Assembly: GCA_016218785.1 (NCBI GenBank)
Contig: JACRCY010000572.1
Location: forward strand, 1 to 35,471
DNA: 35,471 nucleotides
DNA from: Deltaproteobacteria bacterium
Lineage (GTDB): Bacteria > Myxococcota_A > Polyangia > JACRCY01
Direction: 5' to 3'
This document shows positions 11,214 through 28,411 of the stretch, piece by piece. The position numbers and the translations under genes are program-made. The notes under the pieces are model-generated. The model searched no databases, was not told the origin of the DNA, and saw only the letters and a list, made by a program, of their open reading frames with translations. How positions within the stretch are numbered: the stretch's first letter is position 1; every line of letters starts with the position of its first letter.

Positions 11214-11257
11214 CGCCGACCTCCTCGTCGTTTCTCCGACGGTGATGGAGCGAGGGA

Positions 11258-11287
11258 ACAGTAGGCAAAAGGGCCGCGACAGGTCAA
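11258..11287 (-). promoter_or_regulatory. Putative sigma70 promoter of the molybdoenzyme operon (TTGACC-18-TACTGT)
   Basis: On the + strand, GGTCAA at 11282-11287 and ACAGTA at 11258-11263. Confidence 0.45.
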
Positions 11288-11444
11288 TAGGCTTTCGCCG
11301 GTCAGCGCGCGATCGAATGTCTTGCAACTGCCGAGGCCGGCGATATCATGGGGGCCGCCGGCCCCTCCCGGCCCGGCGCACCGCCGGTGCCCTTGAGGGG
11401 CGCCGCGCGTAGGTACTAGGTCGACCGATCGAGGGCCCGCCCGC

Positions 11445-12587
11445 ATGGCGAGGAAGCGCACACCGCGCGTCGACAAGCTCGCGCAGATCTACGACGAAGA
11501 GGTCCTGCCGATCTGGTCGATGCGCTTCGGGCGCATGCTCCTGCGCAAGATCGAGACCCCGCCCCAGAAGTCGATGATCCTGGACGTGGGCTGCGGCACC
11601 GGCTACCCGGCCCTCGAGATCCTGCGGAAGCTCGACGATCAGAGCCGCATCATCGCCATCGACTGCGCCTCGGAGATGCTGAACGTCGCGCGCAAGAAGG
11701 CGGGCGACCTCTCCGGCAAGCGCATCTTCTTCCGCACCGAGACCGTCTCCGGCAAGCTGTCGTTCGCGAGCGACGTCTACGACGTGGTGGTCGCGAACGA
11801 CGCCGTGTGGGAGCTGGACGACCCCCGCGCCGCGATCGCCGACTTCGCCCGGGTCTGCAAGCCCGGCGGCTTCGTGCTCGTCACCATGCCGCTCCAGGGG
11901 AGCTGGAGCGAGTTCTACGACATCTACCGCGAGGTGCTGGTCAAGCACGACCACCACGAGATCCTGCGGAAGCTCGACGAGGAGCTGCAGCGCTCCCCCG
12001 ATCCGGAGCAGGCGCGGCAGTGGCTCGAGGAGGCGGGGCTGCAGGGCGTCACCGTGGACACCGAGGAGTTCGACCTGCTCTTCCGCTCGGCGCGGGAGTT
12101 CTTCTTCGCGCCGGTGATCGAGTACGGGCCCCTGCCGCAGTGGAAGGAGATCGCCGGCAAGGGCGAGACGATGCAGGAGATCTTCTGGCACATCAAGGAG
12201 GCGATCGACGCCTACTTCGGGGACCGCGCCTTCAGCGTCACCATCAAGGCCGGGTGCCTGGTGGGCCGCAAGCCGCTCGAGAGCGAGCGGCCGCAGGTCG
12301 CACCGAAGGCTCCGCCGCCGCCCGTCAGCGACGACGATCAGCTCACGCCCGCGGTGCCCGTGACCATGCCGCCGGTGGCGGCGGGGGCCAGCGACGACAC
12401 GCCGCCCGGCGGGTCCGCGGCGCCGACCCCCGGCCCGAGGGAAGTCGGTCACGGGGACGAGGAGGAGACGGGCGAGATCATGGAAATCTCGACCAACGAG
12501 ATCCAGGTCGTCGACGAGGTCATCGAGTCGCTCAGTGTCCTCGACGACGAGGTCGCCAAGCACGACGACGTCCTCAAGAAGAAGTAG
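11445..12587 (+). CDS. Class I SAM-dependent methyltransferase with a Pro-rich/acidic C-terminal tail
   Basis: ILDVGCGTG motif I, IIAID, YDVVVAN, FARVCKPGG. Confidence 0.88.
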   Translation: MARKRTPRVDKLAQIYDEEVLPIWSMRFGRMLLRKIETPPQKSMILDVGCGTGYPALEILRKLDDQSRIIAIDCASEMLNVARKKAGDLSGKRIFFRTETVSGKLSFASDVYDVVVANDAVWELDDPRAAIADFARVCKPGGFVLVTMPLQGSWSEFYDIYREVLVKHDHHEILRKLDEELQRSPDPEQARQWLEEAGLQGVTVDTEEFDLLFRSAREFFFAPVIEYGPLPQWKEIAGKGETMQEIFWHIKEAIDAYFGDRAFSVTIKAGCLVGRKPLESERPQVAPKAPPPPVSDDDQLTPAVPVTMPPVAAGASDDTPPGGSAAPTPGPREVGHGDEEETGEIMEISTNEIQVVDEVIESLSVLDDEVAKHDDVLKKK

Positions 12588-12596
12588 CGCTTGTCG

Positions 12597-15670
<3,074 letters not shown>

Positions 15671-15820
15671 CAGCGCGGCCGGTGCCGATGGGGGCCAGGG
15701 CGAGACATCGGCTGGGGCGTGTGCGCTGCGCGGGGGCGCGGGGCGGTTCGGGGCGGCGCTTGGCCTGTTGCTGGTGGTCCTCCGGGGAGCGGTTGCGTTG
15801 GCGCGACGGCGCCGGAGGCG

Positions 15821-16927
15821 CTAGGCGCCGTAGAACGCCCGGATCTGCTCGGCCACGTACTCGAGCTGCGGGGCTTCCAGCTCCGGGTAGATGGGCAGGG
15901 CCAGGCTGGTGCGGGCCGCGTCCTCGGCCTCGGGGAAGGCGCCCGGGCCGTAGCCGAGGCCGGCGAAGCACGGCTGCAGGTGGAGCGGCACCGGGTAGTA
16001 GACCTCGGTGCCGATGCCGTGCTGCTTGAGGTAGTCCTGGAGCACGTCCCGCTTCTCGGCGCGGATCACGAACTGGTTGTAGACGCAGCGCTCGCCGGGC
16101 TCCTCCGCGGGCGGCAGCTCGATGGGCACCCCGCCGAGCAGGGCGCGGTAGCGCGCGGCGTTGCGGGCGCGCGCCGCCGAGAAGGACTCGAGGTGCGGCA
16201 GCTTGGCGCGCAGGATGGCGGCCTGCAGCGCGTCGAGGCGGAAGTTGCCGCCGACGATCTCGTGGTGGTACTTGCGGCCGGGCGTGCTGCCGTGGGCGCG
16301 GAGCGAGCGCAGGCGCGTGGCGAAGCTCTGGTCCGAGGTCAGCACCATGCCGCCGTCGCCGAAGGCCCCCAGGTTCTTGGACGGGAAGAACGACAGGCAG
16401 CCCGCGAGGCCGACGGCGCCGGCGCGGACCCCCTGACGCTCGGCCCCGACCGCCTGGGCCGCGTCCTCGATGATCGGCACCCGGGGACAGGCCGCGCGCA
16501 GCACCTCGAGGCGCGCCATGCGGCCGTAGAGGTGCACCGGCACGAAGGCCTTGGTGCGCGCGGTGCAGAGCGCCGCGGCGCGCGCGCAGTCGAGGTTCAG
16601 GGTGCCGCGCTCCACGTCGCACAGGACCGGCCGCGCGCCCAGCCGCGCGATGGAGCCCACCGTGGCGAAGAACGAGTAGGGCGTGGTCACCACCTCGTCG
16701 CCGGGGCCCACCCCCAGGGCCCACAGGCTCATGAGGAGCGCGTCGGTGCCGGAGGAGACGCCCACGGCGCAGCGGGTGCCGCAGAGGGCGGCCAGCTCGA
16801 CCTCGAGCCCCTCCACCTCGGGGCCGAGGATGAAGTGCCCGCTCGTCACGACGCGCGCGATGGCGGCGTCGATCGCCGCGCGCAGGCTCGCGGTCTGGGC
16901 CTTGAGGTCGAGCAGCGGGACTCGCAT
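15821..16927 (-). CDS. DegT/DnrJ/EryC1/StrS-family PLP-dependent aminotransferase
   Basis: MRVPLLDL, SSGTDAL, PVHLYG, IIEDAAQAVG, SFFPSKNLGAFGDGG, NFRLDALQAA, YYPVPLHLQ. Confidence 0.94.
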   Translation of the reverse strand: MRVPLLDLKAQTASLRAAIDAAIARVVTSGHFILGPEVEGLEVELAALCGTRCAVGVSSGTDALLMSLWALGVGPGDEVVTTPYSFFATVGSIARLGARPVLCDVERGTLNLDCARAAALCTARTKAFVPVHLYGRMARLEVLRAACPRVPIIEDAAQAVGAERQGVRAGAVGLAGCLSFFPSKNLGAFGDGGMVLTSDQSFATRLRSLRAHGSTPGRKYHHEIVGGNFRLDALQAAILRAKLPHLESFSAARARNAARYRALLGGVPIELPPAEEPGERCVYNQFVIRAEKRDVLQDYLKQHGIGTEVYYPVPLHLQPCFAGLGYGPGAFPEAEDAARTSLALPIYPELEAPQLEYVAEQIRAFYGA

Positions 16928-16934
16928 GGCGCCG

Positions 16935-16963
16935 AGTCTAGTTCGGCCCCCGGAGCGAAGCAA
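16935..16963 (-). promoter_or_regulatory. Putative sigma70 promoter giving a leaderless mRNA (TTGCTT-17-TAGACT-7-ATG)
   Basis: On the + strand, AAGCAA at 16958-16963 and AGTCTA at 16935-16940; no SD. Confidence 0.55.
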
Positions 16964-17078
16964 TCGACGCGCCGGCGGCGACGCCCGCGGCGCTCCCGGC
17001 CCGCGATCGCCGCGTGCCAGACGCACGGCGCGGGGTGGTTATCGTCGGAGATCACCGGCGGCGCCCGTCACCGGCGGC

Positions 17079-17107
17079 TTGACAGGCCGACCTCGATCCT
17101 GAATCAT
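17079..17107 (+). promoter_or_regulatory. Putative sigma70 promoter giving a leaderless mRNA (TTGACA-17-AATCAT-6-ATG)
   Basis: Perfect -35 at 17079-17084; -10-like hexamer at 17102-17107; ATG 17114 without SD. Confidence 0.5.
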
Positions 17108-17113
17108 GACCGC

Positions 17114-18721
<1,608 letters not shown>

Positions 18722-18741
18722 CACGCTCAAGGGGAGAGGCG

Positions 18742-19071
18742 ATGATTCCGCCGGTCGTCATCTACGTGCTCGGGGCGCTCCTCGGCGTCTGGGGCGCCTT
18801 CCGCCTCAACCTGGCCCGCCGCCCGGGCGCGAAGGGGCGTTCAGGCCACCTCTTCTTCGGCGTGCTCTACCTGCTGATGGCGGCCTACCTGATCCTCACC
18901 ACGGCGCGGGTCATCCCGCCGCCGCGCATCTTCGGCGGCCCGCCGCCAGCCCCCAAGGCGCAGGCGGTGCAGGTGATCCCGCTCTCGAAGATTCCGGTGC
19001 GGCCGATGCCGGCGACGGCACCGGGCTCGGCTCCAGCCTCCGCGCCGGCCCCGTTGAACGTTCAACGTTGA
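18742..19071 (+). CDS. Small hypothetical membrane protein (2 TM segments and a Pro-rich tail)
   Basis: SD GGGGAGAGG; two hydrophobic helices; GC3-rich codons. Confidence 0.75.
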   Translation: MIPPVVIYVLGALLGVWGAFRLNLARRPGAKGRSGHLFFGVLYLLMAAYLILTTARVIPPPRIFGGPPPAPKAQAVQVIPLSKIPVRPMPATAPGSAPASAPAPLNVQR

Positions 19072-19079
19072 ACGCTCAA
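19052..19079. repeat. Four tandem, self-complementary heptamers (CGTTGAA CGTTCAA CGTTGAA CGCTCAA) at a convergent gene junction
   Basis: Contains the perfect palindrome GTTGAACGTTCAAC (19053-19066) and both stop codons. Confidence 0.8.
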
Positions 19080-19408
19080 CCCTCCGGTCGGATGTCCGAC
19101 TCGAGGATGCCCGGCTCCTCGTCGTAGTCGGAGATCACCATCTCGCGATGCACGGCGTCGGTGGAGGTCGGGGTGAAGAGCCCCTCGACCAGGTCGGCGA
19201 CCTCCTCGTGCGGGGTGCCCCGCTTGACGCTCGCCAGCGCGTAGACCGCGTGCTGGTCGTCCACCACCGACAGGAAGCCGACCCGGCGGCCGTCGTCCAC
19301 CGACCACAGGTCCCACACCTCGCCGTGGCGGGTGCGCGTGACCCGCGTGGCGTAAAAGGTGCGCGGCTCGTGGCGGGTGATCGGCGTGATCTTGGGATCG
19401 CGCGGCAT
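19076..19408 (-). CDS. Hypothetical protein (110 aa)
   Basis: MPRDPKITPITRHEPRTFYATR...; GC3-biased codons; TATAAT 7 nt upstream of the ATG. Confidence 0.7.
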   Translation of the reverse strand: MPRDPKITPITRHEPRTFYATRVTRTRHGEVWDLWSVDDGRRVGFLSVVDDQHAVYALASVKRGTPHEEVADLVEGLFTPTSTDAVHREMVISDYDEEPGILESDIRPEG

Positions 19409-19415
19409 GCGCGCT

Positions 19416-19421
19416 ATTATA
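19416..19421 (-). promoter_or_regulatory. -10 box TATAAT inside the inverted repeat GCGCTA-TTA-TAGCGC; leaderless geometry
   Basis: ATTATA at 19416-19421 on the + strand, 7 nt from the ATG at 19408. Confidence 0.55.
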
Positions 19422-19504
19422 GCGCACTTGGGACGGCGGCCGGCCCGCTGCAGCTCAGCGGGCGGGTCGCCGGGGACGCGCCTTGAGGACGGAGTGAGCA
19501 GGGC

Positions 19505-19874
19505 ATGCGCGCGGTGCTCTTCCACCGGCACGGCGGGATCGAGGAGCTGAAGCTCGAGGAGGTGCCGGCCCCGGCACCCGGTCCCGGCGAGATCCAGGTG
19601 CAGGTGGCGGCCTGCGCCCTCAACCACCTCGACCTGCGGCGCGACCTCGGGCTACGACGCGCGCACCGGCCTGCGCTACGTCTTCTCCAAGCAGCTCACC
19701 ATCATCGGCAGGGCCATGGGGGCGAAGGGACGTCTCTTCGACCTGGTCGCGCTCCTCGCGGCCGGCAAGGTGCGGCCGGTCATCGACCGCACGCTGCCGC
19801 TCGCCGCGGCGGCGACGGCCCAGCGACTGCTGGAGGAGCGCCAGGTGTTCGACAAGGTGGTGCTGGAGCCGTGA
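19505..19874 (+). pseudogene. Internally deleted, frameshifted zinc-binding dehydrogenase/quinone oxidoreductase (MDR family) remnant
   Basis: N-terminus MRAVLFHRHGG..PGPGEIQVQVAACALNHLDL joins, in another frame, the C-terminus TCGATSGYDARTGLRYVFSKQLTIIG..GKVRPVIDRTLPL..FDKVVLEP*. Confidence 0.85.
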
Positions 19875-19909
19875 CACACCAACTCGCGACTGCTTCGGGG
19901 GTGGGGACC

Positions 19910-21724
<1,815 letters not shown>

Positions 21725-21814
21725 TCCCCGGGAAAACCACCGCCAGGTAGCTTGTTCCACCCCTGCTCGTGCGTATACTGTGACTGCGGGGCCTGAGCAC
21801 CCCGGGGGTCGAAC

Positions 21815-23668
<1,854 letters not shown>

Positions 23669-23929
23669 TTCTCTCGGGCCGCCGGTCGCCGCCTACCGCC
23701 GCCAGGGCCGCCACAGCGAGCCACCAGCCTGCAAAGCCTTGGCCACGCGCCGCGGCGCAGTCACACCCTCGCTGCTCGCCCAGGTGCGCGAGCTTCCAAA
23801 CCCGCTGAGCTCATTGAGTGGCGGGCTCCACCTCGGCCACGAGCTTGCGAACGACCTGGTCTCAGGACTTCCGCACGGTCGCCAGCACCCGCCTGGGCGC
23901 GTCCGCAACGTCCGTAGCCCTGCTCGGCC

Positions 23930-24181
23930 CTACTCGCAGTAGAAGATGTCGATCATGCAGACGCTGCACAAGGCGCCATGTCCGGTACAGACCTTCCCAT
24001 CGGAGCAGTCGGCGGAAGTGGTGCAGACGTAGGCGCAGCGCATCGCGCCCCCTTCTCCTCCGATCCACACGCACCGTTGCGACTCTGGGCACCGGCCCGA
24101 GTCGGCGCCACACCGCTTCAGTTCCTCCCCGCACGAACCCAGGACGAGCCCGGCGACAAGCAGGTAGACTCTAGGCGTCAC
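23930..24181 (-). CDS. Small Cys-rich putative lipoprotein (83 aa)
   Basis: Leader VYLLVAGLVLGSC followed by about 10 further Cys (C..SADCSDGKVC type); start codon uncertain. Confidence 0.6.
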   Translation of the reverse strand: MTPRVYLLVAGLVLGSCGEELKRCGADSGRCPESQRCVWIGGEGGAMRCAYVCTTSADCSDGKVCTGHGALCSVCMIDIFYCE

Positions 24182-24206
24182 CCTTACCGCACCCGTTGCC
24201 GGAAAC

Positions 24207-24779
24207 CTACTGGCACGCGACCACGCACTCGGGCCACGGGGAGCAGCACAGCTCGGAGAACTCCTCTGGCACCGGCGCGCAGTCGGGGCGTGGTCCGTAG
24301 ACGATTGGCCGCACCCGGAAGCCAATCAACGAAGCCCCGTCACGTGACAGGACCTCGCCTGCGACCACGCCATCCCCTTCCTCGGTCACGTCAACCTCTC
24401 CCACATCGAGCTGATCCCAGCGGCAGGCCGCCGGCCTGGCGTCGGAGCACGACAGCGCTGTGGGATCTGAGCAGTCCGCGGAGTCTTCGTCGACCCGGAG
24501 CAGTGCAACTTGGCTCCAGGAGTTGAGCAGCCCTTCCCGCTGGACGGCCACGCGGATCGAAGAGGTTCCGAGATGAGCCCTACCGACTAGCCGAAAGTCG
24601 TACCCAATTGCATTCCACCAGTACGCGGCGGTGACCGTCTCGAACTGGACTGTGGTCGAGTCGGGCAAGAGGACACGACCACCTTCCTCGGGCGCCCTTG
24701 ACGGCGCATTGCACGCCGCCACCACTACGGCCATCAGACTACTAGCAAAGATCGAGGTCCTCAACCGCGCCCCGCGCAT
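24207..24779 (-). CDS. Hypothetical lipoprotein
   Basis: Lipobox-like VVVAAC after a basic, hydrophobic leader; Cys-rich C-terminus; overlaps the end of the upstream peptidase gene. Confidence 0.6.
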   Translation of the reverse strand: MRGARLRTSIFASSLMAVVVAACNAPSRAPEEGGRVLLPDSTTVQFETVTAAYWWNAIGYDFRLVGRAHLGTSSIRVAVQREGLLNSWSQVALLRVDEDSADCSDPTALSCSDARPAACRWDQLDVGEVDVTEEGDGVVAGEVLSRDGASLIGFRVRPIVYGPRPDCAPVPEEFSELCCSPWPECVVACQ

Positions 24780-26937
24780 TGAGCCTCCGTCCTCGTTCGA
24801 CGCGGCCGTCCAAGGACGGAAGGTCGCAGTTTCCGCCGCGGAGAATCCGTTGCTTGATAGCCGCCGGATCATGGGCGAGTCGGTCGAAATCGGTGGCGAT
24901 GACCAACACCGCCACCCCTGCTACCTGCGGCGCAGCTAGGGAGCTGCCCGATTCGAGTGCGGGCTCCACTCCCTCTGGATCGTGGGTCTCAAGACCGAGG
25001 CAGCGGTCACCAGGGAGGCTCGATAGGTTGATGCGCTTTGCCGACAGCACCGACATGTCGATCCCGGCAGCCGCCATCTGGTAGGCGCCGGCGCCCCATG
25101 AGATCCGCAGGTCCGCGGGGAAAGAGTCATCTTGCCGGACTGACGTGACGCTGATCTGGGTGTCCAGCCCCAGTTCCGTGGGCAGATCTTGCACGCCATC
25201 CTTGCCGAGATCCACCGCGTAGTTGACGCCACCGACCACCAAGAGCGCTTGACCGATGTTGGCGATCTCGAACGTCCGGCGCATGGACTCGGCCTTGTCC
25301 GCCCGGTCCGCGTCGCTGCAGCGGTACTTCTCGGGCACGCTGTCGTTCTGGGGAGCGCAGAGTTCGGACCAACTCGCGTTGATCACGCTCGCACCCAGGC
25401 CAATCGAGTAGTCGAGCGCATCATGTACCCTGTCGTACGGCATCATCTGGGTTTCGGGAGCGAACGCCCGCGTCACCAAGATCCTGACGCGCCACGCTTG
25501 CCCCACGTAGTTAGGGGCCCGGAGCCCGGCGGCCGCGAATATGCTCTCTCCATCCTCGGTCGCTCCTGCGATTCCCGCGACGGCCCCACCGTGTGCCATG
25601 GTGTTGCACGTGATTGGAATCTGGTCAGGGTAGGGCCAGTTGTCGTCACCGACGAAGTCCCACCCGACAAGGTCATCCGTGTGGCCGTTCGAGTCGTTGT
25701 CTTCGGTGTCCTCGAAAAGCCCGCAGCCCTCGTTAATGAGGTCGTCGAGGCGAACGAAGTCCGACCGGCCAAGGATGCCTAGGAGAAGGCTGCGGTTCGG
25801 TTCGATGTTGAAGTCGCGAAGCGTGGTCGCGCCGTCGCCATCAGCATCCAGAACCAGCGTCGAGATGTCGATGGGTGGGTCTCGCGGACGGCAGTCCTCG
25901 GTGAACCGCACCTCGTGGGGGATCTCTCCGACGTTGAAGAAGACATTCTCCTGGAGTTCCTCGTGGGCGAGATTCGCGCCGTGATCAACGACTGCCAACA
26001 CCACCCGACTATCCCCCACGGTCGTGTCCCAAGCCGCGGGGCTCTCAGTCTGGAACAGCCAGTACTGGGTCGTGTCACCGGGTCCGCTGAAGTCGGCGGG
26101 CAAGCGGTTCAGGCTGTGAGCGTTGTAGTTCCGCATGGCCCAGCGAACCTGGGGCTTGGCCCGATAGAAAGCGACTGCAGCGTTCTCGTCGGAGCCAGAG
26201 GGGAGCTGGACGGTGTACCAGGGGTGACGTGCGGAGCGGCGCGCGACAGTCGCACCTATCTCTGCATTGATCGAATCGACGGTCGCTTGGTCGGTGTCCT
26301 CGGCGAAGAGAGCGTAGACTTGGCCAGGAACGAACTGGGGCGGGATGAAGATATCCTCGCTTGCGAGTTCTCCAACCAGTACCGGCTTCACGATGTATTC
26401 GTTCGTGCGGTGCTCGTTGAAAGTGACTTGGACTTCGGGATCGAAGACCGCCTTGACGACTGTGATGGTGTCCGCTTTGACGGGGAACGGTTGTGTTTCA
26501 TCGGCCGGGATTATCTTGAGACCCGTCTGCGGGCCGCTCGGGAGTTTCACATCGTAGTCCGCCCCGTCCTTGATGACTTTGATCGATTCGGTGATGAAGC
26601 GGATCTGATGCACGTACCCTGGGGGCACGGAGAAGAGGCCGGCCTGCAGCGGCAGCGCCGCCGCCACGGCGACGATTCTGGTCGTGAAGGTCCCCTGGGC
26701 CACGGTGATCACTTTCTCGGATCCCGTCGGCGTGTCGGAATGAACCACGTCGACGCGGCTCGCGGTGATGTCCACCGACGAGATGCCCAACTCCGGAGCA
26801 GGTTTCCCCTCAATAGCCACCTCCAGCACCCCGGGTGCCGGGGGATCTCCACACCCGAGGAGCACCGACGCCGTGCCGGACCACCCGAGGACACACAAGA
26901 AGACAGACGACACCACCACGCGAGCCCGACGGCGCAT
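24742..26937 (-). CDS. Lipoprotein with a DUF4382-like domain and a divergent S8 peptidase domain
   Basis: Leader ..VLLGC; VPPGYVHQIRF..VKLPSGPQTGLKI..YIVKPV; LAVVDHG, DNDSNGHTDDLVGWDF, HGGAVAGIAG, SGSSLAAPQVAG; SD GGAGG before ATG 26937. Confidence 0.82.
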   Translation of the reverse strand: MRRRARVVVSSVFLCVLGWSGTASVLLGCGDPPAPGVLEVAIEGKPAPELGISSVDITASRVDVVHSDTPTGSEKVITVAQGTFTTRIVAVAAALPLQAGLFSVPPGYVHQIRFITESIKVIKDGADYDVKLPSGPQTGLKIIPADETQPFPVKADTITVVKAVFDPEVQVTFNEHRTNEYIVKPVLVGELASEDIFIPPQFVPGQVYALFAEDTDQATVDSINAEIGATVARRSARHPWYTVQLPSGSDENAAVAFYRAKPQVRWAMRNYNAHSLNRLPADFSGPGDTTQYWLFQTESPAAWDTTVGDSRVVLAVVDHGANLAHEELQENVFFNVGEIPHEVRFTEDCRPRDPPIDISTLVLDADGDGATTLRDFNIEPNRSLLLGILGRSDFVRLDDLINEGCGLFEDTEDNDSNGHTDDLVGWDFVGDDNWPYPDQIPITCNTMAHGGAVAGIAGATEDGESIFAAAGLRAPNYVGQAWRVRILVTRAFAPETQMMPYDRVHDALDYSIGLGASVINASWSELCAPQNDSVPEKYRCSDADRADKAESMRRTFEIANIGQALLVVGGVNYAVDLGKDGVQDLPTELGLDTQISVTSVRQDDSFPADLRISWGAGAYQMAAAGIDMSVLSAKRINLSSLPGDRCLGLETHDPEGVEPALESGSSLAAPQVAGVAVLVIATDFDRLAHDPAAIKQRILRGGNCDLPSLDGRVERGRRLNARGAVEDLDLC

Positions 26938-27458
26938 TGCGGCCCTCCGATCTGCAGATGCTTCAACTGGCCCGCCGCCTACAGCGGCACCAAGTGGAAA
27001 CGCGCGATGTAGGTAGCGTAGTTGAAACGGACAAGAAGATGAAACTGCTTTGGCGAGCGCGGGAGGGGACGACCGAGGACGGAACCAGGCTCGGCATCGC
27101 CGTTGAGAGTGCAAGGGAAGACCGCCGGGGCGTTGGGGTGGGTGAAGGCGAGCGAGCTGCGGCATGCGGGACGCGTGTGTGGCGGGCCCTTGGGGGACCA
27201 CAGGGCAGACGGGGTCCGCGGCGCACGCCCCGGAGGTCGTGGGGGCGCGCGCCCGCGCCCGCGGCAGCCGCGCCAGCGCGGCGCCGGGTGGGCCTCACGC
27301 GCGGGGTGGTGGACATCGATGCTACGCTCGCGAACGGGACCAGCAGTCTACGCGTGACCGGCACCGGGCGCGCGCCATAGGCAGAGGCGGAGCGACCTCC
27401 GTCCGGTGGGGGGCGCCAGGCCGGAGGGCGGGGTCGCTGTGGAATGGAGCTTGTCGAG

Positions 27459-27510
27459 CCCGACTGGGCCCCGACTGGGGCTTGCCTTTCCGACCGTCCT
27501 CCTGTACGGT
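27459..27510 (+). promoter_or_regulatory. Putative sigma70 promoter (TTGCCT-17-TACGGT) preceded by the direct repeat CCCGACTGGG x2 (11-bp period)
   Basis: Hexamers at 27482-27487 and 27505-27510; repeats at 27459-27468 and 27470-27479. Confidence 0.45.
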
Positions 27511-27553
27511 GCTGACCGTCCAGAGCTTCATTGATCTTGCCGAGGAGACGCCC

Positions 27554-28267
27554 ATGGCCGACACCTTCCCGTTCTCCCCCGTCAACCTGGTCGTGCTGCC
27601 GAAGTACAGCGTCCCGTCCGCCCTCGCAGTCGGTACCAAGATCCTCACGGTGGGCCGCGCCGAGGCCTCGCTGCCCGCGCCCATCGCGGCCGCGCTCGAG
27701 GACGTGGCCACCACGCATGGCCAACTGCAGCAGACCGCGGCGAGCCGGCACGCCGGGCCGGGGGACGCCGATCCCGAGCGGCTCCGGCGCGCCGACACCA
27801 GGGTTGACGACGGCTGGGCCGCGCTCTACCTGTGGTTGTGCGGCTGGGCGCGGCTCCCCGACGCCCCCGAGGCGGTGAAGGTCCGCGACGTCATCGCGGC
27901 GACCTACCCGGACCGGCTCAAGTTCACGCAGGCCTCGTACCCGGTCGAGTGGTCCGAGTCGCAGACCCGGCTCGATCACCTTGCCGGCCACGGCCACGAG
28001 GCGCTCATCCGCGGGCTGGGCGGCGAGCGCTTCATCACCGCGATCCGCGCGGCGCAGGCCGAGTACGGCGAGGCGCTGGGGCTGACCAAGCTCCAGCCGG
28101 GCGCGCCGCCGGCCGTCAACCTGCGCCAGCCGCTGGACGCGTTCGTCGACGCCCTGCGGCTCTACGTCGTGCGCGTATCGGCCAACATCGACATCGCCGT
28201 CCCCGCCACCAGCGCGCTCGCCGCGCGCCTGCTCGCGCCCCTCGCCGAGGACGGTCTCTCCGCCTGA
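27554..28267 (+). CDS. Hypothetical, probably all-alpha-helical cytoplasmic protein (237 aa)
   Basis: SD GAGGAG; GC3-rich; motifs ADTRVDDGW and YPDRLKFTQASYPVEWSESQTRL; loosely reminiscent of DUF6261-type helical proteins (unverified). Confidence 0.85.
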   Translation: MADTFPFSPVNLVVLPKYSVPSALAVGTKILTVGRAEASLPAPIAAALEDVATTHGQLQQTAASRHAGPGDADPERLRRADTRVDDGWAALYLWLCGWARLPDAPEAVKVRDVIAATYPDRLKFTQASYPVEWSESQTRLDHLAGHGHEALIRGLGGERFITAIRAAQAEYGEALGLTKLQPGAPPAVNLRQPLDAFVDALRLYVVRVSANIDIAVPATSALAARLLAPLAEDGLSA

Positions 28268-28411
28268 GCCAGCCGTAGCCACGGGCCGGTCTCCTGCGCC
28301 GCGACCCGGGGCGCGCGGGTCATCCAGCCCGAGCGGCTACACCCCACCAGCCCAGACGCCCGCGAACCACGGCCGGCGGTTGCGCCGCCGGCCTTCACGC
28401 CTCTTACCACA

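Noticed and set aside
8188-11268. 1026-aa Mo subunit with a long N-terminal extension
   Set aside because: The extension is an alternative frame of the 2Fe-2S gene; the real start is 10548 (ATGA coupling)
15719-17113. N-terminal extension making a 1000-aa RNase Y
   Set aside because: Antisense shadow of the DegT gene; the TM anchor begins at ATG 17114
23669-23929. Small ORFs or a gene remnant between the subtilase and the Cys-rich lipoprotein
   Set aside because: No recognisable family, SD or consistent codon bias
26938-27450. Mobile-element ends or att sites at the island boundary
   Set aside because: No terminal inverted repeats, target duplications, tRNA or recombinase gene could be found by eye
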